The notes under the pieces were generated by a model. That model saw only the letters and a program-made list of their open reading frames with translations. It searched no databases and was not told the origin of the DNA. A stretch of 64,000 nucleotides of DNA from the human T2T-CHM13v2.0 reference genome, Homo sapiens, in the NCBI RefSeq assembly GCF_009914755.1, contig NC_060938.1; one strand, given 5' to 3'. This document shows, piece after piece, positions 1-12,611 of the stretch (within the stretch, counting starts at the first letter, position 1; every line of letters starts with the position of its first letter). The position numbers and the translations under genes are program-made.

Positions 1-722
1 AGTTAGGCTACTCAGGGGTCAGGGACCCACTTGAGGAGGTAGTCTGTCTGTTCTCAGATCTCCAGCTGCGTCCTGGGAGAACCACTACTCTCTTCAAAGC
101 TGTCAGACAGGGACATTTAAGTCTGCAGAGTTTTCTGCTGCCTTTTGTTTGGCTATGCCCTGCCCCCAGAGGTGGAGTCTACAGAGGCAGGTAGGCCTCC
201 TTGAGCTGCGGTGGGGTCCATCCAGATCGAGCTTCCTGGCTGCTTTGTTTACCTACTCAAGCCTCAGCAATGGCGGTCGCCCCTCCCCTAGCCTTGCTGC
301 TGCCTTGCAGTTTGATCTCAGACTGCTGTGCTAGTAATGAGTGAGGCTCCATGGGCATAGGACCCTCCAAGCCAGGCACAGGATATAATCTCCTGGTGTG
401 CCATTTGCTAAGACCATTGGAAAAGTGCAGTATTAGGGTGGGAGTGACCCGATTTTCCAGGTGCCGTCTGTCACCCCTTTCCTTGGCTAGGAAAAGGAAT
501 TCCCTGAGCCCTTGCATTTCCTGGGTGAGGCGATGCCTTGCCCTGCTTCAGCTCATGCTTGGTGCACTGCACCCACTGTCCTGCACCCACTGTCCGACAC
601 TCCCCGGTGAGATGAACCTGGTACCTCAGTTGGGAATGCAGAAATCACCTGTCTTCTGCATTGCTCACACTGGGAGCTGTAGACTGGAGCTGTTCCTATT
701 CGGCCATCTTGGCTCCACCTCC
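1..722 (-). mobile_element. 5' UTR of an L1PA (approx. L1PA4-6) LINE-1; body continues left of the window
   Basis: Minus strand starts GGAGGTGGAGCCAAGATGGCCGAATAGGAACAGCTCCAGTCTACAGCTCCC (YY1 core CAAGATGGCC), followed by typical L1PA 5'UTR sequence. Confidence 0.9.
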
Positions 723-2511
723 GCAAGCAATCCAGCTTTGTTCTTTTTGCTCAGGATTGCTTTGGCTATTCAGGATCTTTAATGGTTCCATATAAATTTT
801 AGGATTTTTTTCTATACCTGTGAAGAATGTCATTGACATTTTGATAGGAATTGCATGGAATTCATATATAGGGATCGCTTCGGGTAATATGGTTATTTTT
901 CACAATATTAATTCTTCTGATTCCTGAGCATGAGATGTCTTTTCATTTTATTTTATTTTATTTTTATTTTTCCATAAGTTATTGGGGTACTGGTGGTATT
1001 TGGTTACATGAGTAAGTTCTGTAGTGGTGATTTGTGAGATTCTGGTGCACTCATCACCTGAGCAGTATACACTGCACCATATTTGTAGTGTTTTATCCCT
1101 TGCCCTCCTCTCACTTTTCCTCCAAAGTCCCCAGAGTCCATTGTATCATTCTTATACCTTTGCATCCTCATAGCTTAGCTCCTGCATATCAGTGAGAACA
1201 TACAATGTTTGGTTTTCCATTCCTGAATCACTTCACTTAGAATAATAGTCTCCAATCTCATCCAGGTCACTGTGAATGCCATTAATTAGTTCCTTTTTAT
1301 GGCTAAGTAGTATTCCATTGTATAAATATACCAGTTTCTTTATCCTCTTGTTGATTGATGGGCATTTGGGTTGGTTCCACGATTTTGCAATTGTGAGTTG
1401 TGCTGCTATAAACATGCGTGTGCAAGCTTGTTTCTCGTATAATGACTTCTTTTCCTCTGGGTAGATACCCAGTAGTGGGATTCCTGGATCAAATGACAGT
1501 TCTACTTTTAGTTCTTTAAGGAATCTCCACACTGTTTTCCATAGTGGTTGTAGAAGTTTACATTTCCACCGGCTTTGTAGAAGTGTTGCCTGTTCATCAC
1601 ATCTATGCCTACATCTACTGTTTTTTGATTTTTTGATTATTGCCATTCTTGCAGGAGTAAGGTGGTATTGCCTTGTGGTTTTGATTTGTATTTCCTTGAT
1701 CATTAGTGAAGTTGAACATTTTTTCATGTTTGTTGGCCATTTGTAAATTTTCTTTTGAGAATTGTCTATTCATGTGCTTAGCCCACTTTTTGATGGGATT
1801 TTTTTTTTCTTACTGATGTGTTTGAGTTCATTGTAGATTCTGGATATTAGTCCTTTGTCAGATATATAGATTGTGAAGATTTTCTCTGACTCTATGCGTT
1901 GTCTGTTCACTCTGCTGATGGTTCCTTTTGCCCTGCAGAAGCTCTTTAGTTTAATTAAGCCCCAACTATTTATCTTTGTTTTTATTGCATTTGCTTTTGG
2001 GTACTTTGTCATGAAATCCTTGCCTAAGCTAATGTCTAGAAGGGTTTTTCCAATAGTATCTTCTAGAATTTTTATAGTTTCAGGTCTTAGATTTAAGTCC
2101 TTAAGCCATCTTGGTTGATTTTTATATAAGGTGAGAGATGAGAATTCAGTTTCATTCTCCCACATGTGGCTAGCCAATTATCCCAGCACTATTTGTGGAA
2201 AAGGGTGTCATTTTCCCACTTTATGTTTTTGTTTGCTTTGTTGAAGATCAGTTGGCTGTAAGTATTTGGGTTTATTTCTGGGTTCTCTATTCTGTTCCAT
2301 TGGTCTATGTGTCTATTTTTACACCATGTGTCTATTTTTAAACCAGTACCATGCTGTTTTGGTGACTATGACCTTATAGTATAATTTGAAATCAGGTGGT
2401 GTGATGACTCCAGATTTGTTCTCTCTGCTTAGTCTTACTTTGGCTGTGTTGGCTATTTTTTGATTTCATATGAATTTTAGAATTGTTTTTTCTAATTTGG
2501 TAAAGAATGAT

Positions 2512-2621
2512 GGCACATGTGTACATATGTAACAAACCTGCACGTTGTGCACAAGAACCCTAAAACTTAAAGTATAATAATAATTAAAAAAAACAGTGAA
2601 CTTCTCAAAGGAAAAGAAAAA
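2512..2621 (+). mobile_element. Short young L1PA 3'-end insertion (about 110 bp) with a second A-tail
   Basis: GGCACATGTGTACATATGTAACAAACCTGCACGTTGTGCAC..CCCTAAAACTTAAAGTATAATAA then A-rich tail; imperfect TSD AAAGAATGATGG / AAAGAATGGTGA. Confidence 0.85.
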
Positions 2622-4343
2622 AAAGAATGGTGATGGTATTTTGATTGAGATTGCATTGAATTTGTAGATTGCTTTTGGCAGTGTGGTCATTTTCGCAATA
2701 TTGACTCTACCCATCCATGAAGATGGGATGTGTTTCCATTTGTTTGTGTCATCTATGGTTTCTTTCAGCAGTGCTTTGTATTTTTCCTTGTAGAGGTCTT
2801 TTGAATCCTTGGTTAGGTATATTCCTAAGTATTTTATTTATTTATTTATTTTGCAGCTATTGTAAAAAGGGTTGAGTTCTTGATTTGATTCTCCACTTGG
2901 TCATTGTTGGTGTATAGAAGAGCTAGTGATTTGTGTACATTAATCTTGTATCTGGAAACTTTGCTGAATTCTTTTATCAGTTCTAGGAACTTTCTGGAGG
3001 AGTCTTTTGGGTTTTCAAAGGAAACAATTCTATCACCAGCAAACAGTGACAGATTGATTTCCTCTTTACCCATTTGGATGTCCTTTATTTCTTTCTCTTG
3101 CCTGATTACTCTGGCTAGGACTTCCAATACTGTGTTGAAGAGGAGTGGTGACAGTGGGCATCCTTGTTGTGTTCCAGTTCTCAGAGGGACTGCTTTCAAC
3201 TTTCCTCTATTCAGTATCATGTTGGCTGTGGGTTTGTCATAGATGGCTTTTATTACACTGAGTTATGTCCCTTGTATGCCGATTTTGCTGAGAGTTTTAA
3301 TCATAAAGTGGGGCTGGATTTTGCTGAATGCTTTTTCTGCATCAATTGAGATGATCATGTGATTTTTGTTTTTAATTTTGTTTATGTGGTGTATCACATT
3401 TATTGACTTGCATATGTTAATCATCCCTGCTCCCTGGTATGTAACCCACTTGATTATGGTGGATTATCTTTTTCATATGTTGTTGGATTCAGTGAGCTGG
3501 TATTTTATTAAGGATTTTAGCATCTAAGTTCATCAAGGGTATTGGTCTGTAGTTTGTTTTTTGGTTATGTCCTTTCCTGGTTTTGGTATTAGGGTGATGC
3601 TGGCTTCATAGAATGAATTAGGGATCCTTCTTTCTCTGTCTTGTGGAATAGTATCAAAAGGATTGGTACCAATTATTTGAATGTCTGGTAGAATTCTGCT
3701 GTGAATCCATCTGGTCCTGAATGTTTTTTTTTGTTGGTAATTTTTCAGTTACCAACCAAATTTGGTAATTTTTCCATTGCAATTTCATTGCTTTTTATTG
3801 GTCTGTTCAGGGTATCTAATTCTTCCTGATTTAAGTGAGTGGTGTCGTGTTTTTCAGGGAATTTATCTATCTCTTCTAGATTTTCTAGTTTATGTGCATA
3901 AAGGTGTTCATAGTAGCCTTGAATGATCTTTTGTATTTCAGTGGTGTCAATTGTAATATCTCCTGTTTCATTTCTTAATGAGGTTATTTGGATTTTCTCT
4001 CTTCTTGGTTAATCTTGCTAATGGTCTACGAATTTTATTTATCTTTTCAAAGAACCAGCTTTTTGCTTCATTTATCTTTTGTATTTTTTTTGTTTCAATT
4101 TCATTTAGTTCTGCTCTGATCTTGGTTATTTCCTTTCTTCTGCTGGGTTTGGGTTTAGTTGGTTCTTGTTTCTTAAGTTCCTTGAGTTGTGACCTTAGAA
4201 TATCAGTTTGTGCTCTTTCAGTCTTTTTGATGTAGGCATTTAGGGCTATGGACTTTCCTCTTAGCACCGCCTTTGCTGTATCCCAGAGGTTTTGATAGGT
4301 TGTGTCATTATCACCATTTAGTTCAAAGAATTTTTAATTTCCA

Positions 4344-4386
4344 TAGGTATATAACTTAAAGTATAATAATAATAATAATAGTAATA
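4344..4386 (+). mobile_element. 43-bp L1 micro-insertion with 19-bp TSD
   Basis: TSD AAAGAATTTTTAATTTCCA at 4325-4343 and 4387-4405 flanking ...AACTTAAAGTATAAT(AAT)n, the extreme L1PA 3' terminus. Confidence 0.8.
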
Positions 4387-5130
4387 AAAGAATTTTTAAT
4401 TTCCACCTTGATTTTGTTTTTGACCCAGTGCTCATTCAGGATCAGGTTATTTAACTTCCATGTATTTGCATGATTTTGAAGGCTCCTTTTGGGGTTGATT
4501 TCCTGTTTTATTCCACTGTGCTCTGAGAAAGTGCTTGATATAATTTCAATTTTCTTAAATTTATTGAGGCTCATTTTATGGCCTATTATATGGTCTATCT
4601 TGGAGAAATTTCCATGCACTATTGAATAGAATGCGTATTCTGCAGTTGTTGGATGAAATGTTCTGTATAGATCTGTTAAGTCCATTTGTTCCAATGTATA
4701 GTTTAAATCCATTGTTTCTTTGTTGGCCTTCTGTCTTGATGACCTGTCTAGAGCTGTTAGTGTAGTATTGAAGTCCCCCACTATTATTGTGGTCGTATCT
4801 CATTCCTTAGGTCTACTAGTAATTGTTTTATAAGTTTGGGAGCTCCAGTGTTAGGTGCATATATTTTAGGATTGTGATATTTTCCTGTTGGACAAGGCCT
4901 TTTACAATTATATGTCATTCTTTGTCTTTTCAACAGCTGTTGCTGTAAAATTTGTTTTGTCTGATATAAGAATAGCTACCCCTGCTTGCTTTTGGTGTCC
5001 TTTTGCAGGAGATGCCTTTTTCCACCCTTTTACTTTAAGTTTATGTGAGTCCTTATGTGTTAGGTGAGTCTCCTGAAGGCAGCAGATAGTTGGTTGGTTT
5101 GTTTTTATCCCTTCTGCAGTTCTGTATCTT

Positions 5131-6628
5131 TTTAAAAATGCTTTACATTCTGGGATACATGTGCAGAACGTGCAGGTTTGTTACATAGGTATACACGTGC
5201 AATGGTTGTTTTCTGCACCCATCAACCCATCATCTACATTAGGTATTTATCCTAATGCTATCCCTCTCCTAGCCCCCACTCCACAACAGTCCCCAGTGTG
5301 TGATGTTCCCCCTTCTGTGTCCATGTGTTCTCATTGTTCAACTCCCACTTATGAGTGAGAACATGTGCTATTTGGTTTTCTGTTCCTGTGTTAGTTTGCT
5401 GAGAATGATGGTTTCCAGCTTCATCCATGTCCCTGCAAAGCACATAAACTCATCCTTTTTTATGGCTGCGTAGTGTTCCGTGGTGTGTGTGTGCCACGTT
5501 TTCTTTATCCAGTCTATCATTGATGGGCATTTGGGTTGGTTCCAAGTCTTTGCTATTGTGAACAATGCTGCAATAAACATATGTGTGCATGTGTCTTTAT
5601 AGTAGAGTGATTTCTAATCCTTTGGGTATATACCCAGTAATGGGATTGCTGGATCAAATGGTATTTCTGGTTCTAGATCCTTGAAGAATCACCACACTGT
5701 CTTCCACAATGGTTGAACTAATTTACACTCCCACCAACACTGTAAAAGCATTCCTATTTCTCCACATCCTCTCCAGCATCTGTTGTTTCCTGACTTTTTA
5801 ATGATCATCATTCTAACTGGCATGAGATGCTATCTCGTTGTGGTTTTGATTTGCATTTCTCTAATGACCAGTGATGATGAGCTTTTTTTCATGTTTGTTG
5901 GCCTCATAAATGTCTTCTTTTGAGAAGTGTCTGTTCCTATCCTTCACCCACTTTTTGATGGGGTTGTTTGTTTTTTTCTTGTAAGTTTGTTTAAGTTCCT
6001 TGTAGATTCTGGATATTAGCCCTCTGTCAGGTGGCTATATTGCAAAAATTTTCCCCCATTCTGTAGGTTGCCTGTTCACTCTGATGATAGTTTCTTTTGC
6101 TGTGCAGAAGCTCTTTAGTTTGATTAGATTCCATTTGTCAATTTTGGCTTTTGTTGCCATTGCTTTTGGTGTTTTAGTCATGAAGTCTTTGCCCATGCCT
6201 ATGTCCTGAATGTATTGCCTAGGTTTTCTTCTAGGGTTTTTATGGTTTTAGGTTTTAAGTCATTAATCCATCTTGAGTTAATTTTTGTATAAAGTGTAAG
6301 GAAGGTGTCCAGTTTCAGTTTTATGCATATGGCTTGCCAGTTTTCCCAACACCCTTTATTAAATAGGGAATCCTTTCTCCATTGCTTGTTTTTATCAGGT
6401 TTGTCAAAGATCAGTGGTTTTAGATGTTTGGCATCATTTCTAAGGCCTCTGTTCAGTTCCATTGGTCTATGTATCTGTTTTGGTACCAGTACCATGCTGT
6501 TTTGGTTATTGTACCCTTATAGTATAATTTGAAGTCAGGTAGTGTGATACCTCCAGCTTTGTTCTTTTTGCTTAGGATTGTCTTGGCTATACAGGCTCTT
6601 TTTGTTCCATATGAAATTTAAAGTAGTT
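5131..6628 (-). mobile_element. 5'-truncated L1PA7-like element inside the L1PB
   Basis: TTCTGGGATACATGTGCAGAACGTGCAGG...CATCTACATTAGGTAT 3'UTR signature; ORF2 C-terminal fragments; host resumes at AAGTGGAGCATTTAGG. Confidence 0.85.
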
Positions 6629-9600
6629 GAAGTGGAGCATTTAGGCCATTTACATGTTAGTATTGAGATGTGAGGTACTGTTGCATTCATTGTGCTATTT
6701 GTTGTCTTTGTACTTTTTTTTTTTTTTTGCCTTTTGTTTTGTTTTATAGGTCCTGTGTGATTTATGCTTTAAAGAGGTTCTGTTGTCATGTCTTTCCAGG
6801 ATTTGTTTCAAGATTTAGAGCTCCTTTTAGTAGTTCTTGTTGTGGTGGCTTGGTAGTGACAAATTCTCTCAGCATGTGTTTGTCTGAAAAAGAATATATC
6901 TTTCCTTCATATATGATGCTTAGTTTCGCTGGATACAAAAATCTTGGCTGATAATTGTTTTGTTTGAGGAAACCGAAGATAGGGCCCCAAACCTTTCTAG
7001 CTTGTAGGTTTCTGCTGAGAAATCTGCTGTTAATTGGATAGGTTTTCCTTTATAGGTTACCTGGTGCTTCTGTCACACAGCTGTTAAGATTCTTTCCTTC
7101 GTCTTAACTTTAGATAACCCAATGACAATGTGCCTAGGCAATGATCTTTTTGTGATGTATTTCCCAGGTGTTTTTTGTGCTTCTTGTAGTTGGATGCCTA
7201 GGTCTTTAGCAAGGCTGGGGAAGTTTTCTTCGATTATCCCCCCAAATATGTTTTCCTAACTTTTAGATTTCTTTTCTTCCTCAGGAATACAGATTATTCT
7301 TAGGTTTGATTGTTAAACATAATCCCAGACTTCTTGGAGACTTTGTTCATATTTTCTTATTCTTTTCTCTTTGTCTTTGTTGGATTGGGTTAATTCGAAG
7401 ACTTTGTCTTTGCGGTCTGAATTTCTTTCTTCTACTTGTTCAATTCTATTGCTGAGACTTTGCAGAGCACTTTGCATTTCTGTAAGTGTGTCAAATGTTT
7501 CCTGAATTTTTGATTTTTTTTCTTTATCTATTTCCTTGAATATTTCTCCCTGCACTTCTTGTATTGCTTTTTGAATTTCCTTGCATTGGCCTTCACCTTT
7601 CTCTGGCTCCTTCCTGATTAGCTTAATAAGTAACCTGAATACTTTTTCAGGTAAATCAGGGACTTATTCTTGGTTTGGATCCATTGCTGGTAAACTAGTG
7701 TGATTTTGTTTTTTTTTTTTTAAAGAGCCTTGTTTTGTCATATTAGCAGAGTTGTTTTTCTGGTTCCTTCTCATTTGGGTAGGCTCTGTCAGAAGGAAGG
7801 TCTAGGGCTGAAGGCTGTTGTTCAGATTCTTTTCTCCCATGGGGTGTTCCCTTGATGTAGTACTCTCCCCCTTTTCCTATGGATGTGGCTTCCTGTGAGC
7901 CAAACTGCAGTGATTGTTGTCTCTCTTCTGGGTCTAGCCACCCAGCAAGTCTACCTGGCTCTGGGCTGGTACTGGGGGTTGTCTGCATAGAGTCCTGTGA
8001 TATGAACCATCTATGGGCCTCTCAGCCATGGATACCAGCACCGTTCCAGTGAAGGTGGTGGGGGAAGGGAGGTGAAGTGGACTCCAGGAAAGTTCTTAGC
8101 TTTTGTAGTTTAATGCTCTATTCTTGTGCTGGTTTGGCCTCCTGCCAGGAGGTGGTGCTTTCCAGAGAGCATCAGCTGTGGTAGGATGGAGAGGAACCAG
8201 TGGTGGGTGGGGACCTAGAACTCCCAAGATTATATGCCCTTTGTCTTTAGCTACCTGGGTGGGTAGGGAAGAACCATGAGGTGGCAGCAGGGCTAGGCAT
8301 GTCTGAGCTCAGACTCTCCTTGGGTGGGTTTTGCTGTGGCTGCTGTGGGGAATAGGGGTGAACTTCCCATGTCAATGGAATTGTGTACCTAGGAGGATTA
8401 GGGCTGCCTCTGCTGAGTCATGCAGGTTGTCCAGGGAAGTGGGGGAAAGTCAGCAGTCAAAGGCGTCATGCAGCTCCTATGCAAATCGAAGGGCTGATCT
8501 CATTCCAACTCTGCCCCAAATAACAACCCTGAGTCTGTTTCCAGGCAGTGGGTGAGCTGGGCATGAGAACTTGCCCCAGGCTACCTCTTCCAGCTGTGAA
8601 AGAAAAGGGCTTCAGTTCTTCCCCAGGCTGTGGAGTCTGCACACTGGATTCATGACCTCCCCCAAGTTCTGGCCAGGAAGCTTCTTGCCCAATTCAAATT
8701 GTTGCAAAGTTCAGCTGGAGATTTCCTTCTTCCTGTGGCATTTTCCTGTTGCTCCTCTGGCCACCCTCCCAATGGATCCGTGTGGTCCCTGGCAGGAATG
8801 TCTTGCTTGGGGACCGAGTGAGCTCTTAGAGCCTTTCTGCTGCTTCCTCTACCCCTGTATTTTACTCAGCTCTCTAAATTGACTCAGTGCCAGGTAAGGT
8901 TGGAAACTTCTCCCACAAACAGAGCTTCAGTTTCTTCAGTAGGGATGTGTGTTAAGGAGAGGAGGATCTCCCCTTTCCACTTCCACAGTTGGGGCACTCA
9001 CAGTATTTGTGGTGTCTCCCGGGCCCTGCGGGAGCAGTATGCTTCTTTCAGAGGTCTGTGGGTCCTCTTGGGATTGCTGGTTTGTTCTTGCCATTGATAT
9101 GGAGAAAAAATTCACAGTGTGACCCTCCACAGGCTGCTCTGTCTGTCCGAGTTGGAGCTGCAATCTAGTCCTGCCTCCCGTCTGCCATGATGATTTCTAG
9201 ATGTCTTTTCTTTTCTTTGTGTCATCTTCATTTTATTTTATCAGTGTTTTCTAGTTTTCAGTGTAGAGTTCTTCTTTCACCTCTTTCATTAAATTTGTTC
9301 CTTAAATATTGAATTTTTTGGTGGCTATGGTGAATAGGATTGCTATCTTGATTTCTTTTTCTGCTAATTTTTATTGGTATATAGAAATGCTATTAATTTT
9401 TGTATGTTGATTTACTAAATTTGTTTATAATTTCTAAGAGTTTTTTTATGAAGTTCTTAGCTTTTTCTTTATATCAGATTGTAATGTCTCCTTTTTTGTT
9501 TTTGCTTTCATTTATTTGGGTTTTCTTTCTTTTTTTCATAGTCTAGCTAATGGTTTGTTGCTTTTGTTTATCTTTTCAAAAAGCCAAGTTTTTGTTTTGC

Positions 9601-11192
9601 TGTCCTTTTCTATCTTTTTCTCTATTTCGTTTAGCTCCTCTCGTTTTTTATTATTTATTTTCTTCTACTAATTTTGATTTTGGTTTGTTCTTGCTTTTCT
9701 GATTCCTTAGGTGCATTTCCAGGTTGTTTATGTGAAACCTTTCTACTTTTTTGATGTAGTGTTTGTTACTATAATCTTCCCTTTTAATATTGCTTTTGCT
9801 TATCACATAGGTTTGGTATGTTTTGTTTCCATTTTCATTCATTTCAAAAACTTTTTTGATTTCTCCCTTGATCCAATGGTTGCTCAGGATGTTTTTAAAT
9901 TTCCATGTATTTGCATAGTTTCCAAAGTTGTTCTTGTTTTTGATTTTTATTTTTATTCTATTGTGGTCTGAGAAGATACTTGATATGCTTTTGATTTTTA
10001 AAAATTTATTGAGGCTTGCTTTATGGCCTAACATGTGGTCTTTCCTGGAGAATGTTGCATGTATTGATGAGAAGAGTGTGTATTCTGCATCGGTTGGATA
10101 AAGTGATCTGTAGATGTCTGTTAGGTCCATGGCCTACAGTGTGGTTGAAATCCAATGGTTCTTTTTTGACTTTCTGTCTAGATGACCAGTCCAATGCTGA
10201 AAGTAGGGTGTTAGAGTCTCCAACTATTGTTTTGGCATCTATCTTTCCCTTTAAATCTAATAATATTTGCTTTATATCTTGGTGCTCCAGTGTTGAGTGC
10301 ATATATATTTGTAATTGTTATATTCTTTTGCTGAGCTGATCCCTTTGTGATTATATAATGACCTTCTTTGTCCCTTTTTACTGTTTTTGACTTACAGTCT
10401 GTCTTATTTGATTTAAGTATAGCTACACCTGCTTGCTTTTGGTTTCCATTTATGTGGAATATCTTTTTTTCATCCTTTCACTTTCAGTCTACATGTCTTT
10501 ACAGGTGAAGTAAGTTTCTTGTAGGAAGGATATAGTTGGATCATGTTTTTAAAAATCCATTCAGCCAATCTGTGTTTTCAGTGGGGAATTTAATCTGTTT
10601 ATGTTCAAGGTTATTGTTGATAGGTGAGAATTTATTTCTGTCATTTTGTTTATTATTTTCTGTTTTTTTGTATATGTTTTATTCCTTTCTTTCTCCCTTG
10701 TTGTTTATAATTGTGATTTGAATGTTTTCTGTAGTGGCAATATTTTAGTCGTTTCTTTTCTCATTTGTACATCTTTTCTACCAGTGAGTTTTATACTTTC
10801 ATGTGTTTTCATGATGCTAAATATTCTTTCACTTCCAGATGTAGGGCTCCCTTAAGCATTTGTTTTAGGACTAGTCTAGAGGTGATCAATTCCCACAGTG
10901 TTTTCTTGTCTGGGAAAAGCCTTGTATCACCTTCATTTTGGAAGAATAGCTTTTCTGAGTATAGTATCCTTGACTGCTAGATTTTTTTTTCTTTTTCAGT
11001 AATTTGAATATATCATCCCATTCTCCTGGTCTGTAAGGTGTCTGCTGAGAAACACACTTTTAGTCTGATGGGGGTTCCCTTTCAAGTGACTACATGCTTT
11101 TCTCTTGCTGCTTTTAAAAAATCTCTCTTTGTCTTTCACTTTTGACATTTGACTATAATGTACCTTGATGAAAACCTTTTTGGTTAGATCTA

Positions 11193-12611
11193 TTAGGTTG
11201 GTGCAAGAGCAATTGTGGTTTTGTCATTAAAAGTAATAGCAAAATCCCAATTTCTTGTACTTTCTCTGTCTTTTTTTTTACTTTAAGTTCTGGGATACAC
11301 GTGTGGAATGTGCAGGTTTGTTACATAGGTATACATGTGTCATGGTGGTTTGCTGCATCTATCAACACGTCATCTAGGCTTTAAGCCCCTCATGCATTAG
11401 GTATTTGTCCTACTGCTCTCACTGCCCTTGCCCCCAATCCCCTGACAGGCCCCAGTGTGTGATGTTACCCTCCCTGTGTCCATGTGTTCTCATCGTCAGC
11501 TCCCACTTATAAGTGAGAACATGTGGTGTTTTGTTTTCTGTTCCTGTGTTAGTTTGCTGAGAATGATGGTTTCCAGCTTCATCCATATCCCTGCAAAGCA
11601 CATGAACTCATCCTTTGTTATGGCTGCATAGTATTCCATGGTGTATATGTGCCACATTTTCTTTATCCAGTCTATCATTGATGGGCATTTGGGTTGGTTC
11701 CAAGTCTTTGCTATTGCAAATAATGCTGCAATAAACATAAGTGTGCATGTGTCTTTATAGTAGAATGATTTCTAATCCTTTGAGTATATGGCCCATAATG
11801 GGATTGTTGGGTCAAATGGTATTTCTGGTTCTAGATCCTTGAAGAATCACCACACTGTCTTCCACAATGGTTGAACTAATTTATGCTCCCACCAATACTG
11901 TAAAAGCGTTCTCATTTCTCTACCTCCTCTCCAGCATCTGTTGTTTCCTGATTTTTTAATGATTGCCATTCTAACTGGCATGAGACGCTGTCACATTGTG
12001 GTTTTGATTTGCATTTCTCTAATGACCTGCGATGATGAGCTTTTTTTCATGTTTGTTGGCCTCATAAATGTCTTCTTTTGAGAAGTGTCTGTTCATATAC
12101 TTTGCTCATTGTTCATGGGGTTGTTTGTTTTTTTCTTGTAAATTTGTTTAAATTCCTTGTAGATTCTGGATATTAGAACTTTGTTGGATGAATAGATTTC
12201 AACAATTTTCTCCCATTCTCTAGGTTGTCTGTTCACTCTGATGATGGTTTCTTTTGCTGTGCAGAAGCTCTTTAGTTTGATTAGATCCCATTTGTCAATT
12301 TTGGCTTTTGTTGCAATTGCTTTTAGTGTTTTAGTCATGAAGTCTTTGCCCATATCTATGTCCTGAGTGGTATTGCCTAGGTTTTCTTCTAGGGTTTTTA
12401 TGGTTTTGGGTGTTACATTTAAGTCTTTAATCCATCTTGAGTTAATTTTTGTGTAAGTTGTAAGGAAGGAGTCCAATTTCTGTTTTCTGCATATGGCTAG
12501 CCCATTTTCCCAGCACCATTTACTAAATAGAGAATCATTTCCTCATTGCTTGTTTTTGTCAGGTTTGTCAAAAATCAGATGAAAACTCCAATTTCTTTTG
12601 CACCAACCCAA
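11193..12611. mobile_element. MADE1 (Hsmar1-derived 80-bp mariner MITE) split by an L1PA8; halves 11193-11256 and 12582-12611
   Basis: TTAGGTTGGTGCAA...TTTTGCACCAACCCAA terminal inverted repeats flanked by TA (11191-92, 12612-13). Confidence 0.88.
11257..12581 (-). mobile_element. 5'-truncated L1PA8-like element inside MADE1
   Basis: CATCTAGGCTTTAAGCCCCTCATGCATTAGG L1PA8-type 3'UTR; TSD AAAATCCCAATTTCTT (11241-56) / AAAACTCCAATTTCTT (12582-97). Confidence 0.88.

Larger units (their letters stand above)
945..9198 (-). mobile_element. Full-length L1PB-family LINE-1 with 12-bp TSD, itself interrupted by three younger L1 insertions
   Basis: L1PB-type 3' end at 945-1250; ORF2/ORF1 fragments in the ORF track; 5' end CATCATGGCAGACGGGAGGCAGGACTAGATTGCAGCTCC; identical TSD AGATGTCTTTTC at 933-944 and 9199-9210. 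Confidence 0.9.

Noticed and set aside
2307-2344. Small tandem duplications (also about 53321-53349, 55448-55486, 60162-60200)
   Set aside because: Ordinary two-copy slippage events; not arrays and nothing CRISPR-like.
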